A stretch of 64,000 nucleotides of DNA from Aquabacterium sp. GTDB taxonomy: Bacteria; Pseudomonadota; Gammaproteobacteria; Burkholderiales; Burkholderiaceae_C. A program made the translations under genes and the position numbers. Within the stretch, counting starts at the first letter, position 1, and each line of letters opens with the position of its first letter. Below are positions 1 to 10,273 of the stretch, in pieces. The notes below the pieces were generated by a model, which ran no database searches, was not told where the DNA came from, and saw nothing but the letters and a program-made list of their open reading frames with translations. The stretch is taken from assembly GCA_029865965.1 (NCBI GenBank), contig JARXAJ010000182.1, forward strand, positions 12,844-76,843, in the 5' to 3' direction.

Positions 1-137
1 ACCACCGTGGGGAAGTCGATGGCGGGAAACTGGTCGACCTTCAGCCGCTGGTAGGAAAACAAGCCCAGCACCACGAAGGCGAGCATCACCATCACGGCCA
101 TCACCGGGTTGGCGATCGAGACACGGGTGAACCACAT
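1..137 (-). CDS. RND efflux transporter permease subunit (AcrB/SwrC-like), N-terminus only; runs off the window
   Basis: Reverse strand from ATG at 137 reads MWFTRVSIANPVMAVMVMLAFVVLGLFSYQRLKVDQFPAIDFPTVV, a typical RND N-terminus; directly downstream of the MFP gene. Confidence 0.9.
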   Translation of the reverse strand, partial: MWFTRVSIANPVMAVMVMLAFVVLGLFSYQRLKVDQFPAIDFPTV

Positions 138-149
138 GGCGCGGCCGGA

Positions 150-1355
150 TCAGTCGCCCGCCGCGGGCGCGGGCGTGGATGCCGCTGGCAGGGCAGGGGT
201 GGCAGGCGGCAGCTTCAGCCGCACGCCGTCGGGCACCAGGCCGGCGCTGGCAGCCAGCACCCGGTCGCCAGCCTCCAGGCCGCTGCGCACTTCCACCCAG
301 TCACCCGCACCGGCGGCGTGCTGGGCCGGCCGGCCTTGCGCGCCCAGGGCCAGCACCCGCCGTTGCGCGCGGCCGTCACGCAGGCGGATGGCGTAGGGCT
401 GTGCCTGGTCATTGCGCACGGCCGACAGCGGGATCGCCAGCGCCGTGGTCTGGCCCAGTTCAACCGAACCGCGGGCAAACAGGCCGTGGCGCAGGCCCGG
501 GTGCGGCGCCACCGCCAGGTAGGCCGACACGGTGCGGGCGCCGGCCGTGGCGCTGGGGTTGATGCGCACCACGGTGGCAGCCACTTCCTGGCCGGTGCCG
601 TCCAGCAGCAGGCCGGCCTTGGCGCCCAGTTGCAGGCTGGGCAGGTCTTGCGGGGCGATGGCGGCTTCCAGCTCGATGCGCGACAGGTCGACGATCTCGA
701 CGATGCGTGCGTCCAGCGCCACCCGCTCACCGGGCTGGGCCAGGCGCTGGGCCACCAGGCCGGCGATCGGCGCCACCAGGGTGGCGTCGCCGCGGCTCTT
801 GCGTGCCAGTTCCACGGCGGCCAGCGCGGCCTGCAGCGTGGCCTGGGCGCCTGCTTCATTGCTGGTGGAGGTGTCCAGCGCGGTGGGCGAGATGAAGCCT
901 TGCGCCACCAGCGCCTTGTTGTTGGCCAGCTGGCGTTGCGCGATCTCCAGCTGCGCGCGGGCTGCTGCTGCCTGCTGCTCGGCCTGGCGCAGGCGCCAGT
1001 CGAACTCGGTCGCATCCAGCTGGCCGATCACCTGGCCGGCCTTGACCGCATCGCCTTCACGCACGGTCAGGGTTTTCAGCTCGGCGGCCACCCGCGCCTT
1101 GACGAAGGCGGTGTTCACGGCCTTCAGGCTGCCCGAGACCTCCAGCCTGCGGCTCAGCGCGGTGCGCTCCACCGGCAGCAGGTCTTGCGGGCCCAGCTCC
1201 AGCTGGGGCGGCGGTGCGCTGGCTGCGGTAGCGGCCATGCTGGCCTGCGCTGCCGTGCGTTTGGTCATCAACTGGCGGCCTGCCACCAGGACCACCACCA
1301 CCAACAGGGCCATCGCCCAGCGCAGCCGGGTCTTTTTCTTCTGAACGTCGGGCAT
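150..1355 (-). CDS. RND efflux membrane fusion (periplasmic adaptor) protein
   Basis: N-terminal TM anchor, lipoyl-like VREGDAVKAGQ, helical hairpin, APIAGLV, EVRSGLEAGDRV. Confidence 0.93.
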   Translation of the reverse strand: MPDVQKKKTRLRWAMALLVVVVLVAGRQLMTKRTAAQASMAATAASAPPPQLELGPQDLLPVERTALSRRLEVSGSLKAVNTAFVKARVAAELKTLTVREGDAVKAGQVIGQLDATEFDWRLRQAEQQAAAARAQLEIAQRQLANNKALVAQGFISPTALDTSTSNEAGAQATLQAALAAVELARKSRGDATLVAPIAGLVAQRLAQPGERVALDARIVEIVDLSRIELEAAIAPQDLPSLQLGAKAGLLLDGTGQEVAATVVRINPSATAGARTVSAYLAVAPHPGLRHGLFARGSVELGQTTALAIPLSAVRNDQAQPYAIRLRDGRAQRRVLALGAQGRPAQHAAGAGDWVEVRSGLEAGDRVLAASAGLVPDGVRLKLPPATPALPAASTPAPAAGD

Positions 1356-2050
1356 CAGGGTGCTGTGGAACGGGGTGGAATGGGGGGAACCGGGGGTGTG
1401 GCCAGCGCCTGGGGTGGCCGCACGCTCAAGCCCGCCAGCACCAGGTGCACATGCTGGGCGATGAAGGCGCGGCCATCCAGGTGCCAGTCGGCCGGCGTGC
1501 AGGCGCCCAGCGAATGGCGGTGCAGGCAGATCATCACCAGCGGCAACACCAGCGAGTGCACCGCATGGTCGACATCGACCGGCCGGAATTCACCCTGGTC
1601 AATGCCCTGGCGCACGATGCGGCCCAGCAGGTCATGGGCGCGCTCGACCACCTCGCGGTGGTAGAAACCGGCGATCTCGGGGAAGTTGCGCACCTCGGTG
1701 ATCACCAGCTTGAAGACGCCGGCAGCCGGGCTGTCATAAAGCTGGGTCCACCAGTCGATCAGGATGCTCTGCAGCAGGTCGGTGGCGCTGCCGTTGAACC
1801 CGGCGGCCTGGGCGGCGCCTTCGGCAATGCGGTCAGACAGGTAGTGCGCGATCACCGCCTTCAGAAGTTCTTCCTTGCTGGGGTAGTACAGGTACAACGT
1901 GCCCTTGGACACGCCAGCCAGGGCAGCCACCTCCTCGGCCCGGGTGGCCGCAAAGCCTTTCTGCACGAACAGCGCCAGTGCGGCTTCGAGCAGTTCCTGG
2001 GGACGGGCTTCCTTGCGGCGTCGCCGTTGGGCGGGATCGGTGGTCTGCAT
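1355..2050 (-). CDS. TetR/AcrR family transcriptional regulator
   Basis: HTH EEVAALAGVSKGTLYLYYPSKEEL; stop overlaps the MFP start. Confidence 0.95.
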   Translation of the reverse strand: MQTTDPAQRRRRKEARPQELLEAALALFVQKGFAATRAEEVAALAGVSKGTLYLYYPSKEELLKAVIAHYLSDRIAEGAAQAAGFNGSATDLLQSILIDWWTQLYDSPAAGVFKLVITEVRNFPEIAGFYHREVVERAHDLLGRIVRQGIDQGEFRPVDVDHAVHSLVLPLVMICLHRHSLGACTPADWHLDGRAFIAQHVHLVLAGLSVRPPQALATPPVPPIPPRSTAP

Positions 2051-2073
2051 TTAATGACTGGCTGGTCAGTAAT
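2051..2073. promoter_or_regulatory. Imperfect palindrome, probable TetR operator
   Basis: TTAATGAC-tggctg-GTCAGTAA (1 mismatch) abutting the TetR start codon; -10-like TACATT just upstream on the minus strand. Confidence 0.55.
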
Positions 2074-2185
2074 GTAGCCGTCGCCAACATCGGCGGCAAC
2101 CTGGGGCAATCCGCCATGCCGATGAAACCCTGGGTCCGCTGGGGCGCGCAGCTATCATCCGCCGCTTTGGCCAGTGGGGGCGAGC

Positions 2186-3043
2186 GTGGATCTTGTGCTG
2201 TTGCTGAAGGCGGCCGTGATGGGCGTGGTCGAGGGGCTCACCGAGTTCCTGCCGATCTCGTCGACCGGCCATCTGATCCTGGCCGGATCGTTGCTGAACT
2301 TCACCGGCGACCGGGTCAAGGTGTTCGAGATCGCCATCCAGACCGGTGCCATGGTGGCGGTGGTCTGGGAATACCGCCAGCGGCTGATCGACACCATCAG
2401 CGGCATCACCAGCCAGGCCCGCGCCCAGCGGTTTGCGCTGAATGTGCTGGTGGCCTTCTTGCCCGCTGCGGTGTTCGGCCTGCTGTTGGGCGGGCTGGTC
2501 AAGCAGCACCTGTTTGCGCCGGTGCCGGTGGCCATGGCCTTCATCGTGGGCGGTGTGCTGATCCTGTGGATCGAGGCCCGCCACAAGCGGCTGTATGGCG
2601 CCCTGGACCTGGCCGGCAACCGCCGCGCCCGGGTGGAGACTGTCGACGACATGACCGTGGCCGATGCGTTGAAGGTGGGCCTGCTGCAGTGCCTGGCGCT
2701 GATCCCCGGCACCAGCCGGTCGGGCGCCACCATCATGGGTGCGCTGGTGCTGGGGTTCTCGCGCAAGGCGGCCACCGAGTTCAGCTTCTTCCTGGGCATC
2801 CCCACGCTGATGGGCGCGGGCGCCTATTCGGTGTGGAAGCAGCGTGACCTGCTCAGCATGGCCGACGTGCCGATGTTCGCGGTGGGCACGGTGATGGCGT
2901 TCTGCAGCGCACTGCTGTGCATCCGCTGGCTGATCCGCTATGTGTCCACCCATGACTTCACCGTGTTCGCCTGGTACCGCATCGTGTTTGGCGGCATCGT
3001 GCTGCTGACGGCCTCCACCGGCTGGGTGACCTGGGCGGCCTGA
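2186..3043 (+). CDS. uppP: Undecaprenyl-diphosphate phosphatase (BacA)
   Basis: [17 protein letters not shown] and PGTSRSGAT motifs; multiple TM segments; GTG start chosen at 2186. Confidence 0.96.
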   Translation: MDLVLLLKAAVMGVVEGLTEFLPISSTGHLILAGSLLNFTGDRVKVFEIAIQTGAMVAVVWEYRQRLIDTISGITSQARAQRFALNVLVAFLPAAVFGLLLGGLVKQHLFAPVPVAMAFIVGGVLILWIEARHKRLYGALDLAGNRRARVETVDDMTVADALKVGLLQCLALIPGTSRSGATIMGALVLGFSRKAATEFSFFLGIPTLMGAGAYSVWKQRDLLSMADVPMFAVGTVMAFCSALLCIRWLIRYVSTHDFTVFAWYRIVFGGIVLLTASTGWVTWAA

Positions 3044-3062
3044 ACGGCGCCTGCGGCGGCGC

Positions 3063-3794
3063 TCAGGCGCGGCGGGTGAACAGCAAGTCCCACACGCCGT
3101 GGCCCAGCTTCAGGCCGCGGGCCTCGAACTTCGTCAGCGGGCGCATGTCCGGGCGCGGCGCAAAGCCGCTGGCGGTGTTGGCCAGCGTGGAGCAGTTGCC
3201 CAGCACTTGCAGCATCTGCTGGGCGTAGTCGTCCCAGTCGGTGGCGCAGTGCAGCCAGCCGCCGGGGGCCAGCCGGCTGGCCAGCAGGTCGGCCAGGGCT
3301 GGCTGGATCAGACGCCGTTTGTGGTGCCGCTTCTTGTGCCACGGATCCGGGAAGAACACGTGCACCCCCGCCAGTGAGGCTGGCACCACCATCTGCTGCA
3401 GCACCTGCACGGCGTCGTGCTGCACGATGCGGATGTTGCTCAGGCCACGCTCGCCGATCTCGCGCAGCAAGGCGCCCACGCCGGGCTGGTGCACCTCGAT
3501 GCCAATGAAGTCCAGGTCGGGCCGGGCGGCCGCAATGGCTGCGGTGGCCTGGCCCATGCCGAAGCCGATCTCCAGCACCCGGGGTGCACGGCGGCCGAAG
3601 GCGGTGTCCCAGTCCAGCGGTGCGGCCTGGAAGGGCAGCAGGAAGCGCGGCCCCAGATCGACCAGCGCCCGCGCCTGGCCGCTGCCCAGGCGGCCGGCGC
3701 GCAGCACGAAGCTGCGCACGGGCCTGTCACGGTGCGGATGCGCCGGCATGGCGGTGCCGGGATCCGCCGTGGCGGCGGAGTCTGAAGTTGACAT
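3063..3794 (-). CDS. trmB: tRNA (guanine-N7)-methyltransferase
   Basis: [37 protein letters not shown] motifs. Confidence 0.96.
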   Translation of the reverse strand: MSTSDSAATADPGTAMPAHPHRDRPVRSFVLRAGRLGSGQARALVDLGPRFLLPFQAAPLDWDTAFGRRAPRVLEIGFGMGQATAAIAAARPDLDFIGIEVHQPGVGALLREIGERGLSNIRIVQHDAVQVLQQMVVPASLAGVHVFFPDPWHKKRHHKRRLIQPALADLLASRLAPGGWLHCATDWDDYAQQMLQVLGNCSTLANTASGFAPRPDMRPLTKFEARGLKLGHGVWDLLFTRRA

Positions 3795-3829
3795 GGCGGG
3801 CAGCGGCCGGCGGCCGCATGGTGGGACGC

Positions 3830-4177
3830 TCAGCCGGCCGTGGCCTGCTGGTACAGCAGGTTGGACCGGGCGCCTGACCGGCAGAAAGCCAACATCGGCT
3901 GCGGCAGGCTCTGCAGCAACGCGGCAAAGGCTGCGATCTGCTCCGGCGACTGCCAGCCGCTATCGACCGGCAGGTGGCGGTAGGCCAGGCCGGCGGCCTC
4001 GGCAGCGGCCTGCATCGCAGCGCTGGTGGGCTGATCGGGGCCGTGTTCGAAGTCGGGCCGGTTGTTGACCACGCTCTTGAAGCCCAGTCGGGCCAGCTCG
4101 GCCATCGCCTCGGGGTCCAATTGCGGGGCAACACACACGGTGTCGGCGATCTGGCGCAGGGGCAGGTTGGTGTTCAT
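3830..4177 (-). CDS. TIGR01244 family sulfurtransferase / phosphatase-like protein
   Basis: VNNRPDFE and FCRSGARS motifs, 115 aa. Confidence 0.88.
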   Translation of the reverse strand: MNTNLPLRQIADTVCVAPQLDPEAMAELARLGFKSVVNNRPDFEHGPDQPTSAAMQAAAEAAGLAYRHLPVDSGWQSPEQIAAFAALLQSLPQPMLAFCRSGARSNLLYQQATAG

Positions 4178-4186
4178 GGGTGAAGC

Positions 4187-4633
4187 TTACTTCGACAGTG
4201 CAGTCTTGACCGCTGCAGACACCGCGCCCATGTCGGCCTTGCCGGCCAACTGCGCCTTGACGGCGGCCATCACCTTGCCCATGTCGCCCGGGCCGTTGGC
4301 GCCCAGGCCGGCGACGATGGCGCCCACGGCGGCGGTGATCTCGTCACCCGACAGCCGCGCCGGCAGGTAAGCCTGCAACACGGCCAGTTCGGCGCTTTCC
4401 TTGTCGACCAGGTCGGTGCGGCCGGCGCTGGCAAAGGCGGTGATCGAGTCCTTGCGCTGCTTGATCAGCTTGTCGACCACGCCGACGATGGCCGCGTCGT
4501 CCAGCACGATGCGCTCGTCGACCTCGCGCTGCTTGACGGCGGCCAGCAGCAGCCGGATGGTGCCCAGGCGTGCCGCATCCCTGGCGCGCATCGCCGTCTT
4601 CATGTCTTCGGTGATCTGGTCTTTCAGCAGCAT
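4187..4633 (-). CDS. GatB/YqeY domain protein
   Basis: LKDQITEDMKTAMRA...KQRKDSI...DMGKVM; downstream of rpsU. Confidence 0.93.
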   Translation of the reverse strand: MLLKDQITEDMKTAMRARDAARLGTIRLLLAAVKQREVDERIVLDDAAIVGVVDKLIKQRKDSITAFASAGRTDLVDKESAELAVLQAYLPARLSGDEITAAVGAIVAGLGANGPGDMGKVMAAVKAQLAGKADMGAVSAAVKTALSK

Positions 4634-4669
4634 GCAAGCCTCGCTCAGTTGCAAACGGTTGGGGCCATG

Positions 4670-4703
4670 AAAAACGCCCGCTGCGGCGTCCCGCGCGGGC
4701 GTT
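4670..4703 (-). terminator. Intrinsic terminator after rpsU
   Basis: Minus strand AACGCCCGC...GCGGGCGTT stem followed by TTT. Confidence 0.7.
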
Positions 4704-4720
4704 GTTTCAAACGCTGAAGC

Positions 4721-4933
4721 TCAGTACAGCTTCTTGGGAAGCTGCATGCTGCGCACGCGCTTGTAGTGACGCTTGACCGCGGCAGCCTTCTTGCGCTTGC
4801 GCTCGGCGGTGGGCTTCTCGTAGAACTCGCGGGCGCGAAGATCGGTGAGCAGGCCCAGCTTCTCGATGGTGCGCTTGAAGCGGCGCAATGCAACGTCGAA
4901 CGGCTCGTTTTCCTTGACGCGAATCGTGGTCAT
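4721..4933 (-). CDS. rpsU: 30S ribosomal protein S21
   Basis: [21 protein letters not shown]...[14 protein letters not shown], 70 aa. Confidence 0.98.
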
Positions 4934-5136
4934 GTAATCCAAAAATCCCAGGGGTTGTTTGCGCTGTGCGTATCGGGCCCGGCTGCTTGATTCACAGCAC
5001 CAGGGCACCCGCCCCAACACTGTGTGATCCAACATTCCGGAATTGCCGAGCACCTTTGCACCTGCGCGGTTTGCCAGCAAAGCGGGGATTCTACGGTGAA
5101 AACCTGAGTATCGGCAATGTTCAGGTTGGCAGGCCG

Positions 5137-6363
5137 TCAGCCGATGGTTTCAGCTGCCTGCAACGCCTGGGCGCAGGCCGCCGCGCTGGCCCAGGCCCAC
5201 TGGAAGTTGTAGCCGCCCAGCCAGCCGGTCACGTCCACCACCTCGCCGATGAAGAACAGGCCGCTCTGGCGCTGGCTGGCCATGTTGCGGGAATCGAGTT
5301 CGCGCGTGTCCACCCCGCCGGCAGTGACTTCGGCCTTGCGCCAGCCCTCGGTGCCGTTGGGGGTGATGTCCCAGCGGGCCAGGCTGTCACCCAGGCGCTG
5401 CAGATCCTTGTCGCGCACCTCGGGCAGCGGCCGGCTGGCGTCCAGGCCCAGCCGCGCCAGCCAGGCATCGGCCAGGCGCTGGGGCAGCAGCCCGGCCAGC
5501 ACATTGCCCAACTGGCGGCGCGAGCCGGCCTTGGCCTGGCGCAACTGGTCGGCGATGTCGCCGCCGGGCAGCAGGTTCAGCCGCAAGGGTTCGCCCGGCT
5601 GCCAGTAACTGGAGATCTGCAACACCCCCGGCCCGCTCAGGCCCCGGTGGGTGAACAGCAGGTCTTCATCGAAGCGGCCGGCTGCCTGGCCGCTGCCGGT
5701 GGCCAGCTGCACCGGCAACGATGCACCGGCCAGTGGCACAAACGGTGCCCAAATGCTGGCATCGAAAGTCAGCGGCACCAAGGCCGGGCGCGTGGGCACG
5801 ACGGCATGGCCGAACTGGCGGGCCAGCCGGTGGCCGATGTCGGTGGCGCCGATCTTCGGGATCGACAGCCCGCCGCTGGCCACCACCAGTTGGGCGCAGC
5901 GCACCGGCCCGGCGCTGGTGTCGACCTCGAACCCGCCGGCCACCGCCCGCACCGCTGCCAGGCTGCAGGGCTGCCAGCGCTGCACGCCGCCGGCATCGCA
6001 TTCGGCCACGAGCAACTGGATGATCTGCTCTGCCGAGTCGTCGCAGAACAGCTGGCCCTTGTGCTTCTCATGGAAACCGATGCCGTGGCTGCGCACCAGG
6101 GCAATGAAGTCGGCCGGCGTGTAGCGCGCCAGGGCCGACCGGCAGAAGTGCGGGTTGTTGGATAAAAACTGCGCTGGCGTGGTGTCGCGGTTGGTGAAGT
6201 TGCAGCGCCCGCCGCCCGAGATGCGGATCTTCTCGGCCAGCTTGGGCGCATGGTCGATCACCAGCACCCGCAACCCGCGCTGGCCGGCCACGCCGGCACA
6301 GAACAGCCCGGCCGCACCGGCGCCCAGGATCACGGCGTCGAAGTCGGGCAGAGCGGCAGGCAT
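5137..6363 (-). CDS. HI0933/YhiN family NAD(P)/FAD-dependent oxidoreductase
   Basis: [39 protein letters not shown]. Confidence 0.94.
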
Positions 6364-6427
6364 GGCGCGCGATGATAGGGGCGGCGCCCGGCCGCCGCTG
6401 CCGACGTCGCCGCCGCAGCGCCCTGGA

Positions 6428-7381
6428 TCAGGCCCGCTTGACCTGCGGCGCGCCGCTGCCCAGGCGCCCGAGTGCGGCCATCAGCAGGACGACCTGCCGG
6501 TCCAGCGGCGCCGGGCCGGGCTTCTCACCCGCCAGCACACCCTGGATGTAGACCGCCACGGTGGCAGCGTCGATCTGGCGCGGCAGCAGCGGCAGCTCGG
6601 TCAGCACGCCTTCCTGTGCCGGGCAGGACAGGTCGGCCTGCCAATGGCCGCCCAGCCAGGTGTCGAGCTTGGGACAGCGGCGCGGGTCGGCCACGGGTTC
6701 ACCTTCGGTGCCGCGCAACAGCATCAGGTCGGCCGCACTGCGCTGGGCCAGGTCGGCTATCAGCAGGCCGAACTCGGGGTGGGTGTGGCTGGCCAGGCGC
6801 AGGGCTGGCGCGCCGACCACCGGCTGCAGCAGCTTGGCCACCGTGTGGCCGGAATTGCGCAGGCCCACCACCCAGCGCACATCCAGCAGCCGCTGCAGTG
6901 CGGCGCTGAGTGTGTCGGTGGCGATGAAGGCGGGCTCGCGGCGCTGCCAGCGCTCTTGCACGGTGGCTGTGTCTTCGGCTGGGGGCAGGGCCAGGGCCTG
7001 GAAGATGTCGGCCGTGCTGACGCGGGTGGGGTCGTGCCGGGGGCCATGCACCAGCACCCGCGCGCCTTCTTGCGCCAGGCGCAACGCCAGCAGCGGTGTC
7101 AGGTTGGGCAGGCGGCGCGCGCCGTTGTAGCTGGGGATCACGATCACCGGCTTGTCGCTGTGCAGTGCCAAACAACGTGCTTGGGTGGCCTGGGCAAAGC
7201 CCAGCAGCTCATCGACCGTTTCACCCTTGATGCGCATGGCCAGTGCAAACGCGCCCACCTCCAGGTCGGTGACCTGGCCGTCGAGGACCTGGCCCATCAG
7301 GTCAGCGGCAGCGTCAATGCCCAATGGACGCGCGCCTTCATGGCCGCGGCCGATCTCCTTGATGTACTGCGCAATGCCCAT
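6428..7381 (-). CDS. ybiB: YbiB-like protein (glycosyltransferase family 3 / TrpD2 fold)
   Basis: YIKEIGRG, MRIKGET, PSYNGAR, GLRNSGHT, RGTEGE motifs. Confidence 0.88.
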   Translation of the reverse strand: MGIAQYIKEIGRGHEGARPLGIDAAADLMGQVLDGQVTDLEVGAFALAMRIKGETVDELLGFAQATQARCLALHSDKPVIVIPSYNGARRLPNLTPLLALRLAQEGARVLVHGPRHDPTRVSTADIFQALALPPAEDTATVQERWQRREPAFIATDTLSAALQRLLDVRWVVGLRNSGHTVAKLLQPVVGAPALRLASHTHPEFGLLIADLAQRSAADLMLLRGTEGEPVADPRRCPKLDTWLGGHWQADLSCPAQEGVLTELPLLPRQIDAATVAVYIQGVLAGEKPGPAPLDRQVVLLMAALGRLGSGAPQVKRA

Positions 7382-7415
7382 GGCGCCACCCTTGCGTTTG
7401 TTGCGTCAGCTGATC

Positions 7416-7430
7416 GCAAGTTTCGGGCCG
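7416..7430 (-). promoter_or_regulatory. Putative sigma54 (-24/-12) promoter of ybiB
   Basis: Minus strand CGGCCCGAAACTTGC (GG-N10-GC with TTGC) about 35 nt before the ybiB ATG. Confidence 0.5.
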
Positions 7431-7467
7431 AATCCGCCTGCGGTGCCTGCCCTGCACACGAAATGTT

Positions 7468-10260
7468 TCAAGTCAGCAGTGTGGGCACCGCAGGTGCCGT
7501 GGCTGCCACCATGCGCCACAGCGTGGGCACACACGACCCGCATTGTGTGCCGCAGCCCAACTGTTGCTGCACTTGCTGCAGGCGTTGTGCGTCGTTGCCA
7601 TGGCAGTGCGCAAGCCTGCCCAGGATGGCTGGCTCGGCCACATCCAGGCAGGTGCAGACCTGCCGCCCCGCCGGCTGCAGGGCCACAGGCGCCTGGCCAT
7701 CAGGCCGCAGCAGTTGGCGGCCGAAGGACTGGGCCGGCATCTGCTGCAGCAGCAGGTCCTTGACCCAGGCTTCGGCGCTGGTGTCGCCTGCCAACACAAA
7801 GGCCTGCAGACGGGTGTCGGTGCCGTCTGTCTCCAGCCCGATGGCGCGGCGCTGGCCGCGGCGGGCGTCGGCATAACGCAGCACGCCGGCACGTGCGGGG
7901 CCCAGGCCGAACATCGCCTCGATGGCGATCAGTTGGTCGGGCGGTGCCGGGGCGGCCGCCGCCAGCCGCAGCAGCAGGCCATGGCGGGCATGGCCGAAGG
8001 GCACGGCGCTGGCATAGCCAAAGCCTGCCATCAGTGGCTGCAGTCGATGGCGCAGGGCCAGCGCATCGTCTTCGGGCAGCCAGGCGGCAGCCAGCAGATG
8101 CCAGGGCAGAGCCGCCTTCTGCAGCCGCACCGCCGTGTGTTTCAGCTCGGGCTGCTTCGACAGCGGGCAGAAAGCCGGGTTGGTGAGGGTGTTGATGCCA
8201 CCGGCTGTGCCGGCGCCCAGCACCTCGCCGCCCCAGTGCATGGCCACATGGGCCTGGGCCGGGGCCACTGTCTCGCTGGTGAGGGCGGGCAGCACCAGAT
8301 CACCGCGCCGGCTGTGCACCTGCACCAGGTCGCCGTCCTGCAGGCGCAGGCGCGCCATGTCCTGCGCATGCAGGTCGATGCTGGGCTCGGGCTGGTGGCC
8401 GAACAGCCGGCCCAGCGTGCCGGTGCGGCTGCCGCCATGCCATTGGTCGCGCAGGCGGCCGGTGGTCAGGCTGAACGGGAAGCGGGCGTCGCGCGGCTCG
8501 GCCAGCGGCACGAACGGGGTGTCGAAGAAGCGGGCGCGGCCGTCGGGGGTTTCGAAGCGGCCGTCTTCGTAAAGCCGGGCGCGGCCGGTGGCGGCGCCGG
8601 CGGGCATCGGCCATTGCTGCGGGCCTTGCGCCTCCAGGGTCTGGAAGCTCAGGCCGGTGATGTCCAGATCCCGCCCGCGGGTGGTGGCGCGGTGTTCGTT
8701 CCAGATCGCTTCGGGGCTGTCGGCGGCAAACAGCGTGGGCGCGCCGGGGCGCAGCCTGGCCTCCAGCCGCAGGGCGATGTCGCGGGCAATCGCCCAGTCA
8801 TGGCGTGCGGCGCCAGCCGGGGCAATGGCCGGGCGCACGCGGCTGATGCGCCGCTCGCTGTTGGTGACGGTGCCGTCCTTCTCGCCCCAGGTGGTGGCGG
8901 GCAGCAGCCAGTCGGCGTACTTGGCGGTGGCGGTGGTGGCAAACGCTTCCTGCAGCACCACCAGTTCGGCCCGCTGCAGCGCGCGCTGCACCATGGCCTG
9001 GTCGGGCAGGCTTTGGGCCGGGTTGGTGCAGGTGATCCACAGGGCCTTGATTTCACCGTCGGCAGCGGCCTGGAACATTTCCACCGCCGTTTTGCCCGGT
9101 TGGTCGGGGACCGACGGCAAGCCCCACAGCGCCGCCACCTCGGCCCGGTGGGCCGGGTTGGCCAGGTCGCGGTGGGCGCTCAGCAGGTTGGCCAGGCCGC
9201 CCACCTCGCGCCCGCCCATGGCATTGGGCTGGCCGGTCAGTGACAAGGGCCCGGCGCCGGGCTTGCCGATCTGGCCGCAGGCCAGGTGCAGGTTGATCAG
9301 CGCGGCATTCTTGGCCGTGCCGCTGCGGCTTTGGTTCAGGCCCTGGCAGTACAGGCTGAGGGTGGGCAGGCGCTGGCCGGTGGTGGTGTCCAGGTTGGCG
9401 AACCAGCGCGCCGCCTGCAGGATGTCGGCCTCGCGCAGGCCGGTCATGCGGGCGGTTTCCTTGGGTGTGTATTCACGCACCCGGGCCTTCAGCGCGTCGA
9501 AGCCGCTGGTGTGGGCGGCGATGAAGGCGGCGTCGGTCCAGCCTTCCCACAGCATCAGGTGCAGCAGGCCGTGGCACAGGGCGATGTCGGTGCCGGGCAG
9601 GATCTGCAGATGCAGGTCGGCCATGGCTGCGGTCTCGGTGCGGCGCGGGTCGACCACCACCAGCTTCTGCTGCGGGTTGGCGCGGCGGGCGTCTTCGAGC
9701 CGGCGCACCAGCACCGGATGGGCCCAGGCCGGGTTGGCGCCGCTGACGAACACCGTGCCGGCGTGGTTCAGGTCGTCATAACAGGCCGGTGGCGCGTCTG
9801 CACCCAGCGTGGCCTTGTAGCCGGCCACCGCGCTGCTCATGCACAACCGGCTGTTGGTGTCGATGTTGTTGGTGCCGATCAGGCCCTTGGCCAGCTTGTT
9901 GAAGACGTAGTAATCCTCGGTGAGCAACTGGCCCGACACATACAGCCCCACAGCATCCGGGCCGTGCTGTTCGACGATGCCGGCCAGCTGGTCGGCGATG
10001 GCTGGCAGGGCCACATCCCAGCTGCTGGCCTGCGGCGCCTGGCCGCGCTGCAGCCGCTGCATCGGCTGCAGCAGCCGCACCTGGCGGGTGATGGCGGCAC
10101 TGGCCGTCTGGTGCAGGGTGCTGCCCTTGCTGCACAGGCGGCCGAAGTTGGCGGGGTGGTCGGGGTCGCCACGCACGCCGGTGATCTGGTCACCGTTGCT
10201 TTCGATGACCACGCCGCAGCCGACGCCGCAGTAGGGGCAGGTGCTCTTGGTCTCGGCCAT
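7468..10260 (-). CDS. nasA: Assimilatory nitrate reductase catalytic subunit (molybdopterin, 4Fe-4S, C-terminal BFD-like domain)
   Basis: TCPYCGVGCG...GRLCSKG, NIDTNSRLCMSSA, TTGRLRDQWH, C-terminal CTC...CGTQCGSC; start MAETKS at 10260. Confidence 0.95.
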   Translation of the reverse strand: MAETKSTCPYCGVGCGVVIESNGDQITGVRGDPDHPANFGRLCSKGSTLHQTASAAITRQVRLLQPMQRLQRGQAPQASSWDVALPAIADQLAGIVEQHGPDAVGLYVSGQLLTEDYYVFNKLAKGLIGTNNIDTNSRLCMSSAVAGYKATLGADAPPACYDDLNHAGTVFVSGANPAWAHPVLVRRLEDARRANPQQKLVVVDPRRTETAAMADLHLQILPGTDIALCHGLLHLMLWEGWTDAAFIAAHTSGFDALKARVREYTPKETARMTGLREADILQAARWFANLDTTTGQRLPTLSLYCQGLNQSRSGTAKNAALINLHLACGQIGKPGAGPLSLTGQPNAMGGREVGGLANLLSAHRDLANPAHRAEVAALWGLPSVPDQPGKTAVEMFQAAADGEIKALWITCTNPAQSLPDQAMVQRALQRAELVVLQEAFATTATAKYADWLLPATTWGEKDGTVTNSERRISRVRPAIAPAGAARHDWAIARDIALRLEARLRPGAPTLFAADSPEAIWNEHRATTRGRDLDITGLSFQTLEAQGPQQWPMPAGAATGRARLYEDGRFETPDGRARFFDTPFVPLAEPRDARFPFSLTTGRLRDQWHGGSRTGTLGRLFGHQPEPSIDLHAQDMARLRLQDGDLVQVHSRRGDLVLPALTSETVAPAQAHVAMHWGGEVLGAGTAGGINTLTNPAFCPLSKQPELKHTAVRLQKAALPWHLLAAAWLPEDDALALRHRLQPLMAGFGYASAVPFGHARHGLLLRLAAAAPAPPDQLIAIEAMFGLGPARAGVLRYADARRGQRRAIGLETDGTDTRLQAFVLAGDTSAEAWVKDLLLQQMPAQSFGRQLLRPDGQAPVALQPAGRQVCTCLDVAEPAILGRLAHCHGNDAQRLQQVQQQLGCGTQCGSCVPTLWRMVAATAPAVPTLLT

Positions 10261-10273
10261 GGTGGCGGCGCGC

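Noticed and set aside
7381-7395. Plus-strand TGGCGCCACCCTTGC sigma54-like match pointing antisense to the nasA 3' end
   Set aside because: Overlaps the ybiB start codon and RBS with no gene to drive; likely chance
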